From assembly GCF_009834535.1 (NCBI RefSeq), contig NC_045696.1, positions 58,778,001 to 58,842,000 of the forward strand: 64,000 nucleotides of DNA, written 5' to 3'. The stretch comes from Camelus ferus (taxonomy: Eukaryota). The stretch's first letter is position 1. Each line of letters starts with the position of its first letter. Made by a program: the position numbers and the translations under genes. The notes under the pieces are model-generated. The model saw nothing but the letters and a program-made list of their open reading frames with translations, was not told where the DNA came from and ran no database searches. Shown here piece after piece: positions 23,468 to 37,835 of the stretch.

Positions 23468-25589
23468 CTGAAGGAAAAGGAAAACAAAAGCAAAAGCAAA
23501 CACATAAAGCATCTTAACAAAGAAGCAGTCACAATGTGGGCAGCCCAGCCCCTGCCCCCTTGCAGAGCTGCTGGGTTGAATAAGTCGACACAGCCCCTGG
23601 TCTCTGTCCTCAGTGGCCGCAGCACAGCCCAGAAACAGCCTGCCACAGAAAGGGACATACACATGCCTATGACAACAACTGTGTAGAACCTAGTGATGGG
23701 GCAAGTGAGAAGGAACTCAGCTTACCGATGAGGAAGGTGGGAAGGGGGAATTATACGAGCTGTCGCCCACAGGAAGAAACACACACGATGAGTGAGTTTC
23801 TGCATGTTCATTTGCTGGCCTGATGTGGAGAATGTGAGCTGACGTTAGTGGGAGCCAAGAACAGCTGGATAAGAAGGCAGAAGGGTGAATGGGTGGAAAG
23901 CTTGGTTTCCATTAACAGGGATTTTAATTTGCTTTGCATGACAAGTTAGAGGAAATTTCAAAGAAGGGCAATACAGTGATTAAAACACAACTGAAGATGA
24001 AGCTACTTCTCGGGGTAAAATGAATTCATGAGGGAAGCTGGAGACCCTCTATGAGGCAGGGCCCATTTATTCTCCCATCAGTGACTTCTTCCCCTAGATG
24101 AGGTCTGGTTTAACTCAAGGATTAGAGAAGCTTCCATGCTGATCACAGGAGCTGGTTACAGCCACAAGAGCTTTGGAATTCCCAACCTCTTCTGAAGTTG
24201 TTTTCATACTGAAAAAACAATATACTTAAAAAAAAAAGCTCCTTAAGTATTATTTTTTGGGAGGATGTTCTCACAAGATGCCTTAGACTGCAAATCTTGC
24301 ATGAAAATTTATTACTGTGGTATTAACTTTCAGCACCCCCTCCTCATCCCACCCCAGCTGGGTTTATGATGACCCCAGGGGCTTGAAAACCAATAAATGA
24401 GAAACAACCTTGCACCCCACTTTACTTATATTTTCTCACATCCAAAAAGGGCACTTAGAGAGTTGGCTGTGAATAAGAAATTCCACTGAGCAAACTGAAC
24501 AAATTTCAGTTACAAGATGGATCTTCTCTGTCTTACTCCTAACATCTAACATAACAAAGGTAAGGCATTCTAACCTGAACTTTTGCTTCTCTGCATTTGC
24601 AATGTTAATTTAACACTTATATTCTTCCTCAGAAAGTGTACATGGAGTGATCCACCTACACAATGAAGTAAGTAGTCATTTACATATCTATTAACTAAAT
24701 TGCTCTGACAAAGAATTTCATAAATCCATAGTTACTACTCTCTAAAAATAAGAAGAATTTTATACTGTCAAGGGCAAGAGTACTTTTTGTTTTCCTGGTG
24801 CTCTTATATTAGCCCAAGTAAAGCAAAAGCTAAGGCCTTCTAAAGCATTCATGTGTCATTTTTCAGTCTGTCCCCAAATCCTTAAAACCCATCTATACTG
24901 AAATATAATTTCAGAGCACACGTTGCCTTTTGATGTATTTTGTAATCCTCTTCATATTAAGGAGATATGTTTTTACACCTATGGGCTGAAGCCTTCCTTA
25001 AAGATCTTTGTGTTATAATAGGAAGTTCTTCTAATATTTTGCATTATAATCGTCTTGAAAGCAGGGAGCGTGTTTTATTCGTCTTTTGATTCCCCAAAGC
25101 ACTTTGTGCTTTTCACAAGTAGGAGCTCAACAGATATTTGTGGAACAAAACAATTCAATCCTAATCAGTTCTCTGCTTTTTGATACCTGATATTAGTTTC
25201 TAAGTAGTCTTAGAAGCCTTCAAATAAACAGGGGAAAAGCAAACAAACCCCCAGCCTCTCACTCTGATCCAGCCTAGAGGTTATCTGATTCACATACCCG
25301 CTTGTTAGACTTTAACCAAAAGAGCCATAACAACTCAGACTCAGGATGCATATGAAAACATGTCTGTTCCTAGAATCCAGCTGTGAAGACCATGTCATAA
25401 TTTTAAAAAGACTAAGGATGGGGGAAATGACTGTTTTGTACAAATGATAGCTTCAGGTCAGCAGGAAGTACAACATGTTATTAAGGGGCTTGGGTAAAGT
25501 CAGAGATCAAGTTGATCTAATATGCAGATAATTATCCAATAACACAAAGTAGGGGTAGAATGTAATGAGTTAAAACCAGTAAGATCAGT

Positions 25590-25975
25590 GAGACTCAAAC
25601 AGATATTTGTACATCCACATTTCACAGCAGGCATTATCATAATAGCCAAAAGGTGGAAACAACCCAAACATCCATCAAAAGTTCATGCTAAGTGAAATAA
25701 GCCATTTAAAAAATGTGAGTCCACTCATGTGGTACCCAGAGTAGTCAAATTCAGAGACAGAAAGTAGAGACAGAAGGTTGCCAAGGACTGGGAGTGAAAG
25801 CAAATAGGGAATAATTATTTAATGGGCATGGAGTTCTGTTTAGAAGATGAAAAAAGTTCTGGAGATGGGTGGTGAAGATGGTTACATAACAATGGGAATG
25901 TACTTAGTGCAAGTGAACTTAAAAATGGTTAAAATGGTAAATTTTATGTTATGCATTATTTAACAATAAAAGAGT
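25590..25975 (+). mobile_element. L1MB-like 3' fragment with internal deletion
   Basis: ATAGCCAAAAGGTGGAAACAACCCAAA...ATGCTAAGTGAAATAAGCC...GATGAAAAAAGTTCTGGAGATGG...AAAATGGTAAATTTTATGTTATG. Confidence 0.82.
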
Positions 25976-27199
25976 TCTTAAAAACAAACCCAGTAAGCTC
26001 AAATTTAACAAGGCTAAATATAAAGTAATGTGATTCAGCAACAACAACACGACTTTAGTACTGAATGGAGAAGACTGAGCTTATGAATCCAATAGATTTG
26101 GAATTTCTGGTTCCACAGTTTCATACATGAGTCAACAAGGTACACGTAGCTGGCTGTTCAAACCAACCAGCCAGTATTTGTCTACAACAGTCTCTCACTC
26201 TGATTATTCTAAACAGATTAGACCCCACTGAGGGATCAGAGTCCATTATAAGAGCCCCTGAACTAGCAGCACTTACTCTGGAACCAGGAAGAAGGTCAAC
26301 TACTTCAAAATAGGCAAAAGGATATCATGTGCAACAGGCATGAGACTAATGGAAAAAATTAACAGGGAGGAAAAAGTTCAAAATAAGAAAAACTATGTAA
26401 CAAACCAGTTGACTGATAAAATAGGCCACCTCATGAAGCTGTGTGCTCCAAGGCCCCGGTCATATCCAAATTGAGGCCACTCAGGAACGAGTCCTACGAA
26501 GGGTGGGAGGCCGACCTGGATGGTAGCCAGTGAGGGCTTCCAGCTGCTACGCTTTGGAAGGTGTGTGCGCACAACCTGCACGTGGCAAAGGCACGAACTC
26601 TGGCTGATACTAACTTCCTTGCAGGAGCTGAACTTCTTTTAGTTGGGGAAAAAATGGGTAGAGACTTTAATAGCACTTCTTTAAAATAATTTTCCTTTCT
26701 CAAAGAAGGCAGGAGAGGAGAAAATAACTTTTTAAAAGACTTCCTCTTTCTTTACTGACTGCTGAATGTGTAGAAGGGGAATAATTCCCTGGCTCGACTG
26801 CCGGCCCCCTGCCCACCCCGATGGATGGTAAGGTCTTCAGGGGTCCAGGTCTCACACCAGTTGGCTTCCTCAGCCCTCAACATAGGTCTGGACACGAGGA
26901 ATATGCGCAATCAGTGCTCCTTAACCTGAATGATATCTTATATTTTCTTTCCTTTTTTTGGAAAGCAGGAGCTGGGAACATTTTTCTAAGAAGTAGGGAG
27001 CTTCTCTTCTGTGAAGAGCCAGTGACTCAGAGAAAAAGAATCAACTGGTAGCCTCAAGTGAGTTAAAAAAAAAAAAAGCCCATTTAACTTTGAGGGTTTT
27101 TTGAGGGGCAAAGGACTAGGATTATAAAAAGTTCAACTCAGATGCATTTTAATTAAGAACTAGAAACATAATTTGATTAATTATCAAGAATACGAGGTT

Positions 27200-27710
27200 C
27201 AGTATGTTCACATGAAGATTTGCACGCAAATGTTCACAGCAGTGTTGTTCCTAACAGCAGAAGAGTAAAAACTCAAATGTCTAGCAACTGGTGAATGGAT
27301 AAACAAAACGTGATGTACATCCACACCATGGAACTGTATTGAGCAAAACAAAGGAAAGATACTGGTACACGTTACAACACAGATGAACCTCAAAAACATG
27401 ATGCAGAGTGAAAGAAGCCAAATGTTAACACTACCCACTGTATGATTTCCTTTACATGAAATGTTCAGAAAAGGAAAACCTAGAGACAGAAAGTAGATTG
27501 ATGGTTATCAGGAGCTGGGAATGGAAATGGGGATTAACTTTAAAAGGGCATTCGGGATCATATTGTGGTGACAGAAATGTTCTAAAACTGGATTATGGTG
27601 ATGGTTGCACAACTTGGTAAGTTTACTAAAAAGCATTGACTTTCACACTTAAAATGGGTTAGCTTTCTGGTATGTAAATTAATACCTCCATAAAGTTGTT
27701 TTTAAAAGAA
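27200..27710 (+). mobile_element. L1MB-like 3' fragment
   Basis: AAATGTTCACAGCAG...GAATGGATAAACAAA...GAGACAGAAAGTAGATTGATGGTT...AATGTTCTAAAACTGGATTATGGTGATGGTTGCACAAC. Confidence 0.85.
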
Positions 27711-28429
27711 TAAAACGTTTACTTTAAATACATACATATTATTGCCTTTTATGGGAGAAGGAGGCATTTAGGGCAAAAGGGGAGAAGGGAATTTATCAAG
27801 GTTTACAAAGGAAAAGGAGACAAAGAGCAGGTTTGGGCTAGGCTGACCAAAAATGTCCTGAAGCCATGTTTCAAAGCTGCCTGTTCACAATCATGGCACA
27901 AATGGAGGAGTGGGCACGGAGCAGCCCTGGCTGGCCAGGAAATCTTCCTCTGCCTGGTGTTGGGAGCTGCATGTTGGACCCTCCACACTGAAGACGGAAG
28001 ATTCAGCCCCCTGTTCTACAGCGAGGGAGGAGACACGGGGTGTGGGCAGTTTGTGTAATTTAGCCAAAGGAGTTTACACAGAAATTCAAGCTGGAGAAAC
28101 AAATGGGCGCAAGAGGAAAACCTTTACACACAAATAGCATCATATGTTTGACTTTAAAAGGCTCAGGGAGCATTAGTACATGAAAAGCTGTCACTTTTAT
28201 TACATTCAAAGAAAAACAGATGGTGCCACGGAAGAAAATCTTTTTTGTAGAAACCCTATTCTTCTTGGCATTTTGGGACCTACTGCTTCCCCCTCTGGGT
28301 ATTTCAGAGAAAGCCCCCGATCATGCTTTCTAGTGAGCATTCTTTGCTCTTCTTGATACCCCTTTCCCTTGTGGAGAGATTTTGGTAGATGAGGACTCGA
28401 GTCAGTTCTTGGCAGAACTGGGAGGAGTA

Positions 28430-28822
28430 TGTTTATCTTAGTCTCCTCCGGCTGCCACAGTAAAACACCACAGACTGGGGGTGCCAACAGCAAAAATGTA
28501 TTTTCTCAGGGCTCCTGAAGTCCAAGATCAGGGTGCCAGCATGTCTGCTTCCTCGTGAGGCCCCCTTCCTGACTTGCAGCTGGCTGTCTCATCACCGTGT
28601 TGTCACATGGTAGGGAGGGAGAAGCTCTCCTACAGAATGTGTAAAAGGTATTATGTGCATGGATACTAGTGCCTTAGAGGGCCTGAACCTCAGGGTGAAG
28701 ACTCTGCCCTCATGACCTCATCTAAGCCTAACCGCCTACCAAAGGTCCCCCTCCAAATACCGTCTCACTGGGGCTTAGTGTTTCCGGATGTGAATTTCGG
28801 GGACATGATTCAGTCCACAGCA
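28430..28822 (-). mobile_element. MaLR solo LTR (MLT1A/B-like)
   Basis: GGCTGCCACAGTAAAACACCACAGACTGGG...AAGTCCAAGATCAGGGTGCCAGCA...ATTCAGTCCACAGCA. Confidence 0.82.
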
Positions 28823-28833
28823 ACACTTCAGAT

Positions 28834-29020
28834 CAGGTGTTGGCAAACTTTTCCTGAAAAGGGCTAAATAGCAAATATTTCAGGCTTTGTGCCATATGTG
28901 GCCTTAGTCATGTATTCTTCTTTGTTTTTTACACTCTTTTAAAAAGGTAAAAATCATCACAAATTGCAGGCTACATGTCGCCCACAAGCCAACTCTGTTC
29001 TAGATCCATTTGACTCCCCA
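28834..29020. mobile_element. hAT-Charlie MITE (MER58-like)
   Basis: CAGGTGTTGGCAAACTTTTCCTGAAAAGGGCTAAATAGCAAATATTTCAGGCTTTG. Confidence 0.7.
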
Positions 29021-29078
29021 ACTTTCCCTGCCTGTTCACCTCTACAAGTATCATTCTTCAATCTTCCTTTAGCAGACT

Positions 29079-29120
29079 CTGTGTGTGTGTGTGTGTGTGT
29101 GTCTGTGTGCGTGTGCGTGT
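29079..29120. repeat. (TG)n microsatellite, interrupted
   Basis: Direct reading. Confidence 0.95.
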
Positions 29121-29265
29121 TTTGCTGGGGGTTAGGGGCAGCAATGTATCTATAACCAGTGTATGCTATGGAAAAAGGAAGTATTCCTAAAAGGATACAT
29201 ATAGGCAGCTTTTTCATGTTAGTGTCATCTTAAAATTGCAGTAACAGGTTTGTGATAAATATTTA

Positions 29266-29675
29266 ACTTAAAATTTAACATTTTAAGTGTGTATTTTTAA
29301 GTGTATATTTCAGTGGCATTAAGTATATTCACCATACTGTACAACCATCACCACTATCCATTTCCAAATGTTTCTATCATTCCAAACAAATTCTATTCCC
29401 ATTAAGTGATATCTCTCCATTTCTCCCTCCTTTTAGCTCCTGGTAACCACTATTCTACTTCCGGTCTTTAAGAGCTTGGTAATTCTAGGCACCTCACTTA
29501 AGTAGAATATACGTATGTGCCGTTCCGTGTCTGGCTTGTTTCATTTAGCATAATGCTTTCAAGGTTCATCCATGTTGTAGCATGTACCAGAATTTTTATA
29601 TGTATGAGCATTTTTTCATGTGCTTGTTGGTCATTTGTACATCTTCTTTTGAGAGATGTCTCTTGCCCATTTTTA
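29266..29675 (-). mobile_element. Old L1 (L1MA/MB-like) 3' fragment
   Basis: CAGTGGCATTAAGTATATTCAC...CAACCATCACCACTATCCATTTCCA...TCAAGGTTCATCCATGTTGTAGCATG. Confidence 0.8.
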
Positions 29676-29999
29676 ATTCTGGAGGGGGAATAATCTCTTT
29701 TTAATAATTACGATGACAACAGCAGTAAAAATAATTATACCTAATAAATAGTTACTGAACTCATGCTATATGTCAATCACTTTTTAACATATATTACCTC
29801 ATGGAATCTCCAGTTCACGGATGAGGAAAGTGAGGCTTACAAAAGTTGTGCCCCCAAACTCTGAACAGTTCTGACTTTTCCTCTTGGGTTTCAGACACAC
29901 ACATACACCCCTGCTGCTGTGGGGAGAACACCCCTTTTGCAATTGAGGATGGGGAGGTGACGGAGTGGTGGCAGGTAGAAGAGATGGCTAGTGTGGTTG

Positions 30000-31595
30000 G
30001 AAAATTAGTTACATGTTGTAAATAAATAAACTGAACAAATAAATCAATATATTAAAAAAAGGACTTCTTGCTATTGAAGATGGTATTTACAAACATGGCA
30101 GGGAGAATGCTAGAAAGAACACCAAGGTGTTAGATTGTTGGATCGTAATTGGAGGAATTGGTATGAGCTCATGAGTATATAGATATACACACACACATAT
30201 GTATATACACACCCAGCTATATACTTTTAAACGTACATGTGTACGAGTATATGTATATGTACACATATACATCATACACATATAATCTAGCTTTCTCTAC
30301 TGAGAGGATCAAGAAGCAATAACATCCCAGTAACAAGAAGCACCTCAACTACCTAGATCTTGAGTCCTAAATGTACCATCCTCCACTAAAAGGAACCAGG
30401 TTCTTTGGCAAAATGACTGATTCTAGGACTGGGGCAGGGGAAGTTAAGTCTGGAAATCTTTTTGTTGGAAAGTAAGGAAATGCTCAATGAACGATGAAAA
30501 CAAGTCAAAAGGGCAAGGAGAAAGGATTCCCACTGGCCAAATCACAGACAACTTTAGCATCAAAGTAAATACAGGTTACAGTCCACTGGATTATATAGCA
30601 ATTCATAGTCCAAACTGATATAAATACAATAAATAAATGAATAAACAAATGAGAGAAAGGGAAAGCTATTCCTTACAGCAGGATACCAACTAATACGTGT
30701 CAAAGAAATGACAGAAGTAGAGAATCACATTTGAATAGTTAACAGAGACGGCTGATAGAGGCAGGAATCATTCCCACAAATACTGATTAATGAAACAGGA
30801 AAAATGGTGACTTGAAGGTGGAGAAGCTGGCAGACACCAACAGAAGCAGGTGACTGAGGTCAACATCACCAGGGGTGGGATTGGTAGACGTGGCGCTGCC
30901 ACCTCACGTGATGCCCTGAGAAGAGCATGGCACCATTTCCGTGGTACTTCTGCCAAGAATGCCTCGCTTGAACTGGTTATGAAGGAGCACTGTATGGATG
31001 CAGGTTGAGGGTCACCCTAGAGAAATTAAGGCCTGTACTCTTTAAAACTGTCAAGGGCATGAGACACAGAGTGAGACTTCTTAGTCTTAGACTGATGGGT
31101 CTGAAGAGACCTGACAGCTCAGTGTAACATGTATGTGGCAGGAATACCACAACAACTATTTCTCTCCTTTCCCTGTGTACCCTGTGTATTGTGCTTAGCA
31201 CAATACCTGGAGCACAGAAAATATTTAGTAAATATCTGCCGTTCCAGAAAGGAGAAAACAGGACACTGTTTAGACAGTGAAATCTGAGTGAGGCCTGTGG
31301 ATGGGACAGGTCTACTGTAGTAGTGTTGGCTTCCGGACTGGAGGGTCATATGCAGGTGATGTAGAAGAATGTCTGAAACATGTACTTGAGTATTCAGGGG
31401 TGACAAGACATCATGTACAGCCTGCTCTCAAGGTTCAGGAAAAAAAAAAGATAATGGGTTTAGAAATACAGAGGAGTAGGTGAAGGAACAAGTGCAGTAA
31501 AATGCCAATTGCTGGGGAATCTGAATGAAGAAATGTGAGAGTTCTTTCTACTGTTCTAGCAACTATTTCGTAAATTTGAAATTATTTCAAAATAT
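30000..31595 (+). mobile_element. L1MC/MD-like long 3'UTR fragment (interrupted at ~31136-31241)
   Basis: CTCCACTAAAAGGAACCAGG, CCCACTGGCCAAATC, CTCTTTAAAACTGTCAAGG and AATTTGAAATTATTTCAAAAT resemble L1MC-class 3' ends. Confidence 0.7.
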
Positions 31596-32227
31596 CACCT
31601 GAGTACTAAGCAACCACTCTGGGGACACCATTAGAAGCAAAAACAACATCATGTGGTTTCTATATATTGCTTTTGGTATGAAGCCTCTGAATCTGCCAGG
31701 AGAGGTGGGCTACATAACCAAAAAAGAAGACATAAGAATATTTAGAACAATAACCAGCAGTAACAACACACTAAGAGATGGTAACTCGAGAAGGAACAAC
31801 AGATTGAATGCTGACCCAAATCTGTATCAGCATTACTACTGTCTTACACTGTAACTACCTTGAGGGCAGGTCCAAAAACTCTCTTTGAAGAGGGGTTAGC
31901 TTGCTTAAAAGGCAAAATCAAATTTTTAATAAATGCTTTGGATTAGGATAATGATGATGATTAAGATAATGATAACTCCCATTAGCAGGGCTAATTATTC
32001 CTTAAGTATGATAAAAGTAATTATGTATAAATTTTCACCAGCTAACTGTGATCCTATTTTAATAAGTACAAAAAAAATCCATTCCTGTGTGAACAGTCAA
32101 TTATATTTCTGTTTTAAAAGTCAATTATATCTCTGCTTCAGGACATAGGAAAGAACTCAACCCAGTTATATAGAAATCTGTCACTAAATTTTTTGGGAAA
32201 ATTAGGTTACTATTTATAGCTAATACG

Positions 32228-32330
32228 CAGTTAACATTTATTGGGCACTTAATAAGTGCCAGGCACTGCTCTAAATGCTTTTATATGTATTAACTCATTG
32301 GATCCCCAAGACCACCCCATGATGGGGAAC
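32228..32330 (-). mobile_element. MIR fragment
   Basis: TAACATTTATTGGGCACTTA...GTGCCAGGCACTGCTCTAAATGCTTT...ATTAACTCATT. Confidence 0.7.
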
Positions 32331-35300
32331 AACCAACTGGGCCTGGGAGATGGAATTGCTCCTTAGGAGCTGGAGCAAGCTAGTGCAGCCCCTCAGCTGG
32401 GCAGCTGAAGTATGACGTGTGGTGCCAGCACCCTGTCCTTCCTGCCTTGTCAGTCCACCCCACTCTGTGCTGCTGCTGGATTCGGCTCCTGTGCTACGCC
32501 CTGTGGAAGCCCTGTGAGGGCAGCACGCATGACTTCCCTTTTCCATGCATCCTAGTGCTTAGCACAATACCAGAGCAGACAAAGTACTGAGTAAGTATTT
32601 GCTGACCCGTCTGCAGGCCTGGCTTGCATGTTCTCTGCCTTGGTTGGAACAGCCTTGGGTGAGGAGGGCAGCTCCCCAGGGAGAGTGAGGCCACGGGGCT
32701 GCTGCCTGGTTGGTGACGTCAGCAGAAGGTTTGGGCTGGGGAACAGGACAATTCTGACGACAATTCTGGTCCTTTCTATAACTTTATTAAGCTTTTCTGA
32801 ACAAAAATGTAACTCACTTAGATATCTACTTAAAAGGAATTTCATCCTTGGTTAGAAATTGAAATGTAATGAGTATCAACGCGTGGTGGTTTTTAAAAAA
32901 AGAGATGTTTGGATTCGTATTAGTCTTTTCACATGGCAATTTCATGTGTAAAGTGTCCTTCATGATTTAGTGTTTATTAAAAATCCATGATAGGATACAT
33001 GGTAAATAAACCAGAAGGTACTGTTCCTTTTTTATGATAAATGAAAGTTATAAATATTAATACCCTTCCCCCTTAAAGGAGAGAAAAATGTGCATCTACA
33101 TAGATTTTTCTTAATCTAGAATAACAAAGAAACTGGTTAAAAATTTATTTCCATTATAACACAGTAACTAATGACTAGTTTTTGATGTGGATGATGGCTT
33201 AAACATCCGGCCTACCAAAACAACTCTTGGGTCATGAAATTAACTTTTCAGAACATGCAATGAGAAAAATCTATAAGCATGCAGTCAACAAGCAATGCAT
33301 GATCAATTCTGCATTTATGACAAAGTCAGACATGCAGGTCTGAATGCTAAAATGCTTCCATTAGTCCAACTTTAATGCTACTATCTACTTAGCCCATTTC
33401 CTAGAAAACATGAAGATAGAGTGGTGGGTTCCTACAACTAGCCTCTTCTCCAGTCACTGCAACTCTGGAATCAGAGACCTCCAGGCTTCCAGGCTGCATG
33501 TCCTTATCCTCTCCCAGCCTCCGCTTCCTCATGTGGGAACTTTGCGTGGTTGATGTAGGGTTATAAAAACCTGTCAAGTGCTTAGTAAAGTGCTAACCTT
33601 TTAATAAATAGCAGTTCTTATTATTCCATGAAAGAAAAATTCAAATCAACAAATATTTATTAAGTTTCTACTATCTATGCTAGCCTCTGCTGGAACCCAA
33701 TACAGGCTGGTGGCTGCCTCTTAGGCTTAATTACCAAGATATTTTGTTTTGTTGTTGTTTCGCTTTTTGTTGTTTAAGTGTTTTTAAGAGCTGTCATCTC
33801 TCTCTCTACTTTAAGGCTAATATATTTGTACCAGCTCTGCAATGTCTAATGATCTTACCAGCTGCTAGCCTTTCCCAATATTCTTCCTGAGTTCTGTTTG
33901 ATTCTCTCACATTCAAAGGGCATATTATTAACTGAAACATTTTTATGCAACTATTTGCTTCAACCCAACTCAAGTACGGGGACTGCATCAGAATGGGGCC
34001 ATAGTGAGTCCCACTTTGATCACCTACATCCTATACAGTGTAAGTAGTCTATGACGCAACAGTCCTTTAATTACAGCAAGACAGCATGAGAACAATATCC
34101 CCAGCAGGAGGCTACTGTGGCCCTAGGGGGAGAGTGGGGCATACTCACCCTACCGTCTGCCCCCAACCTCTAAATGCATCATCCCAATGTGCCTACCCAA
34201 CATTCTAGAGGGGACAGGATTGGTCATTGTCAGATGACTGACATGGTCAAAAGAACATGAAATTGGCAATATACACTGTGAAATATCATGGTTCTTTTAT
34301 TCTATGACAGTTTAATAATAGCAAAAATGTCATCAAGACAGAAACAAAGGCTATGAATATCACCTCATGAAGTATAAATACTAAAACAATGGCCCACGGT
34401 CCTGGTTTGTAGTTGTCTTGTTTGGGCTTGTACAGTGCTTTAAAAAATATTTGAGCCACTTTTTTTTTTTTTAATTGAGAGATTTCCCATTAAAAAAAAA
34501 TCTGTATTTCTGCTTTTTCTTAAAAAACTCAGAGACTGCCTAACACTAGATCGATTTGCCAATCACCAGCTGAGGTGAGGACTGCCTTTCTTCTCAGATG
34601 ACGTCCACCCTCCAGTCATTGTGCTCTCCTTGAACTTTTTTTTAAAAACCCACCAGTGGGACAGACATCCGCTGCCAGATGATAAGCTCTGCCACAGACG
34701 GCAAAGTGCTACACAAATGTTAACATGACTGTTTGAAAAACTCTACAATTTAAAAAATATTCAGTGGTATACAATAAGTTGGTTAATTTGATTAGTTTTT
34801 ACACTTGAGGCTCTCAACATACTTTTCTTTGAGGCAGTGACCTCAACAAAAGATTCCTTAAACTTGACCTAACCAGACAGCACCAATGCAGAAGGCAAAG
34901 GAGATGCATAATTATCAAGTTTTTGGTTATCCTGGTAACTTTCTGCTAGATCAAAATATAGTAAAGGGGAGAAGATGCCAAGACTTATCCTGTTAAAAAC
35001 AAATGTTTATGGCAACAATCTAAAGAAAAGACAAGTTAAAAGTCTTTAATGCATCAAGCCTAATAATTAGTCTCCCCCGTCCCATCCAAATGCAAGCATT
35101 CCCTCAACATGCTTCCATACACATCCACACACGTATATCAAGTCACGTCTTACAAATTCGCGAAGTGCACCAGGGTTTCACGTCAGACTTCAAAGGGTCC
35201 TTTCTCTGGAAAATGCAGACGATTTAGTAATATGCTTTATTTTATCCATGATGCATCACAGCTTATGATGACAGCTTCCTGACTATACAGGGCTTCTTGA

Positions 35301-36282
35301 TATGGGTACGTAAAAAAGGTTACTGAACCCTCTTCCCTGAAGAAACAGAAATACACCTCATATATTTCACGGGAGCAGGAGGATGGGGATGATTTCTTTA
35401 GGTTCCCCTGTCATCTTCAAGGTTCCCAATGAGACCAGTGACTTGCTGCACGCACTGTGCAGGTCAGCTGTCAGGAGGCTGGTATTCTTGTCAATTTACG
35501 TATTTTAAATTAAACTGATACTCCATATTCATGCTGAAAATAAAGTTACATTGCAAAAGCTACAGTACATAAAGGACTGATCTGGCAAAGGAGCAGATAA
35601 TTTAAGAGATAGCTCCCCCTCCTACATACTAAAAGTTTTCAAGTGAATATTAATCAATGCTTTAAAAATGCCACTCATTGTACTGTGGAGCACACCTATT
35701 TAAAGGCAGTTTATAGCTAATAATTTTTAACTTTCCTTGACTTTGCTGACATATTTTAGCAATGCTCACGATGCATGCCAATCATCTTACTTTTACAGTG
35801 TGAAATGAGAATCTTTGAGCTTGCTAGGATACTAATGTTGACTATACTTCTATAGCATCTTTTAACTCAGATAGGAGAGAAAAGGCCTGTGAAAGGGTTT
35901 TCAACAAGGGCAAACCTGGGACATGCTATCATGGTGAATCCGCTGCAAAGGCCAAACTGCAGGCCTCTGAAAAGTGGGGCCTGAATGGCTTCCTGCCTCA
36001 CCAGTTAATCAACTGCTATGTCTGCAACAGACGAGAATACCGTCCACTCTGTTGCCCATACCTGCAATTAGGACTTTTATAACAATTTAATCCAGAGTAT
36101 TAAAAAAAAAATCCCCAGATTTTAAGAACACAGCACACCAAGTATACCACATAAATTTCCTTTGCTTATTTGTTTCTTAAAAAAAAATACAGCCATGCAC
36201 ATATGAAATAAAATACATGGAAAGCTAATTGACTGAAATCAAGGGAATGGTAAATAATGTTACAATGAACAACTACAGATAC

Positions 36283-36477
36283 ACAGTCCAGCATGGGAAC
36301 CTCCAGTCACATGTGGCTATTTAAAATTAAATTACATTAAAATTCAGTTCCTCAGTCACTCTAACCTCATTTCAAGGGTTCAGCATGTGTTCATATACAG
36401 CCAGTAGCTACTGTACTGAACAGCACAGATACAGAACACTTCTGCCACTGCCAAAAGTTCTTTTGGACAGCTCTGGG
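36283..36477. mobile_element. hAT-Charlie MITE (MER33/MER3-like)
   Basis: CACATGTGGCTATTTAAAATTAAATTACATTAAAATTCAGTTCCTCAGTCAC...AAAGTTCTTTTGGACAGC. Confidence 0.78.
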
Positions 36478-36516
36478 ATAGAGGGTAATCCACAAGAAAA
36501 ATGTTGGTAGCCAACG

Positions 36517-37835
36517 TGTTTCTATCACCATGTACAAAAATAAACTCAAAATGGATTAAAGGCCTAAACATAAGACTGAATACTATAAAACTCCTAGAGA
36601 AAAACATAGGCAGAACACTCTTTGACATAAATTGCAGCAATACTTTTTTGGATACATCTCCTAGAGTAATGGAAATAAAACCAAAAATAAACAAATAGGG
36701 TTTAATTAAGCTTAAAGGCTTTTGCACAGCAAAGGAAACCACAAACAAAATGAAAAGATAACCTATAGACTGGGAGAAAGTATTTGCAAATGATGCTACC
36801 AACAAGGGATTAATTTCCAAAATACACAAACAGCCCATACAGCTTAATATCAAAAAACAAACAACCCAATCCCAAAATGGGCAGAAGACCTAAATAAACT
36901 TTTCTCCAAAGAAGACATACAGATGGCTGACAAGCACATGAAAAGATACTCAATATTACTAATTATTAGAGAAATGCAAATCAAAACTACAATGAGGTAT
37001 CACCTCACACCAGTCAAATGGTTATCATTAAAAAGTCTGCAAATAACAAATGCTGGAGAGGGTGTGGAGAAAAGAAATCCTCCAACACTGTGGTGGGAAT
37101 GTAAATTGGTGCAGTCACTATGGAAAACAGTACGGAGGTTCCTTAAAAAACTAAAAACAGACTTACCATATGATCTAGCAATCCCATTCCTGGGTATATA
37201 CCATGAGAAAACTTTTAATTCAAAAAGGTAATGCACCCCCAATGCTCATAGTAGCACTAGTTACAACAGCCAAGATGTGGAAGCAACCTAAATGTCCACT
37301 GACAGACGAATGGATAAAGATTTGGTGTAAACACACACACACACACACACACACACAATGGAATATTACTCAGCCACAGAAAAGAAAGAAATAATGCCAT
37401 TTGCAGCAACATGGATGGACCTAGAGATCATTATACTAAGTGAAGTAAGCCAGGCAGAGAAAGACAAATATCATATGACTATCACTTGTAAGTGGAATCT
37501 AAAAAAATGGATACATATGAACTTATTTACAAAACAGAAATAGACTCATAGACATAGAAAACAAACTTACGGTTACCAAAGGGGATAGTGGAGGTGGGGG
37601 AGGTAGGAGAGATAAATTAGGAGTCTGGGATTAACATATACACACTACTATATATAAAACAGACAAACAACAAGGACCTACTGTATAGCATAGGGAACTA
37701 TATTCAATATCTTGTAATCACCTATAATGAAGAAGAATCTGACAAAGAATATATATAACTGAATCACTCTGCTGCACACCTGAAACTAACACAACACTGT
37801 AAATTAACTATATTTCCATAAAAAAATAAGATAAA
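36517..37835 (+). mobile_element. 5'-truncated L1 (ORF2 3' part + 3'UTR), ~1.3 kb, with a (CA)n insert
   Basis: ORF2-like frames PCTKINSKWIKGLNIR..., [16 protein letters not shown]..., [21 protein letters not shown]...[12 protein letters not shown] and MEYYSA...FAATWMDLEIIILSEVSQ, followed by an L1 3'UTR and A-rich tail. Confidence 0.93.
37330..37357. repeat. (CA)n microsatellite inside L1
   Basis: Direct reading. Confidence 0.95.

Noticed and set aside
36380..36853. 157-aa minus-strand ORF and a similar one at 46936-47322
   Set aside because: Antisense reading of L1 ORF2, a well-known source of spurious ORFs.
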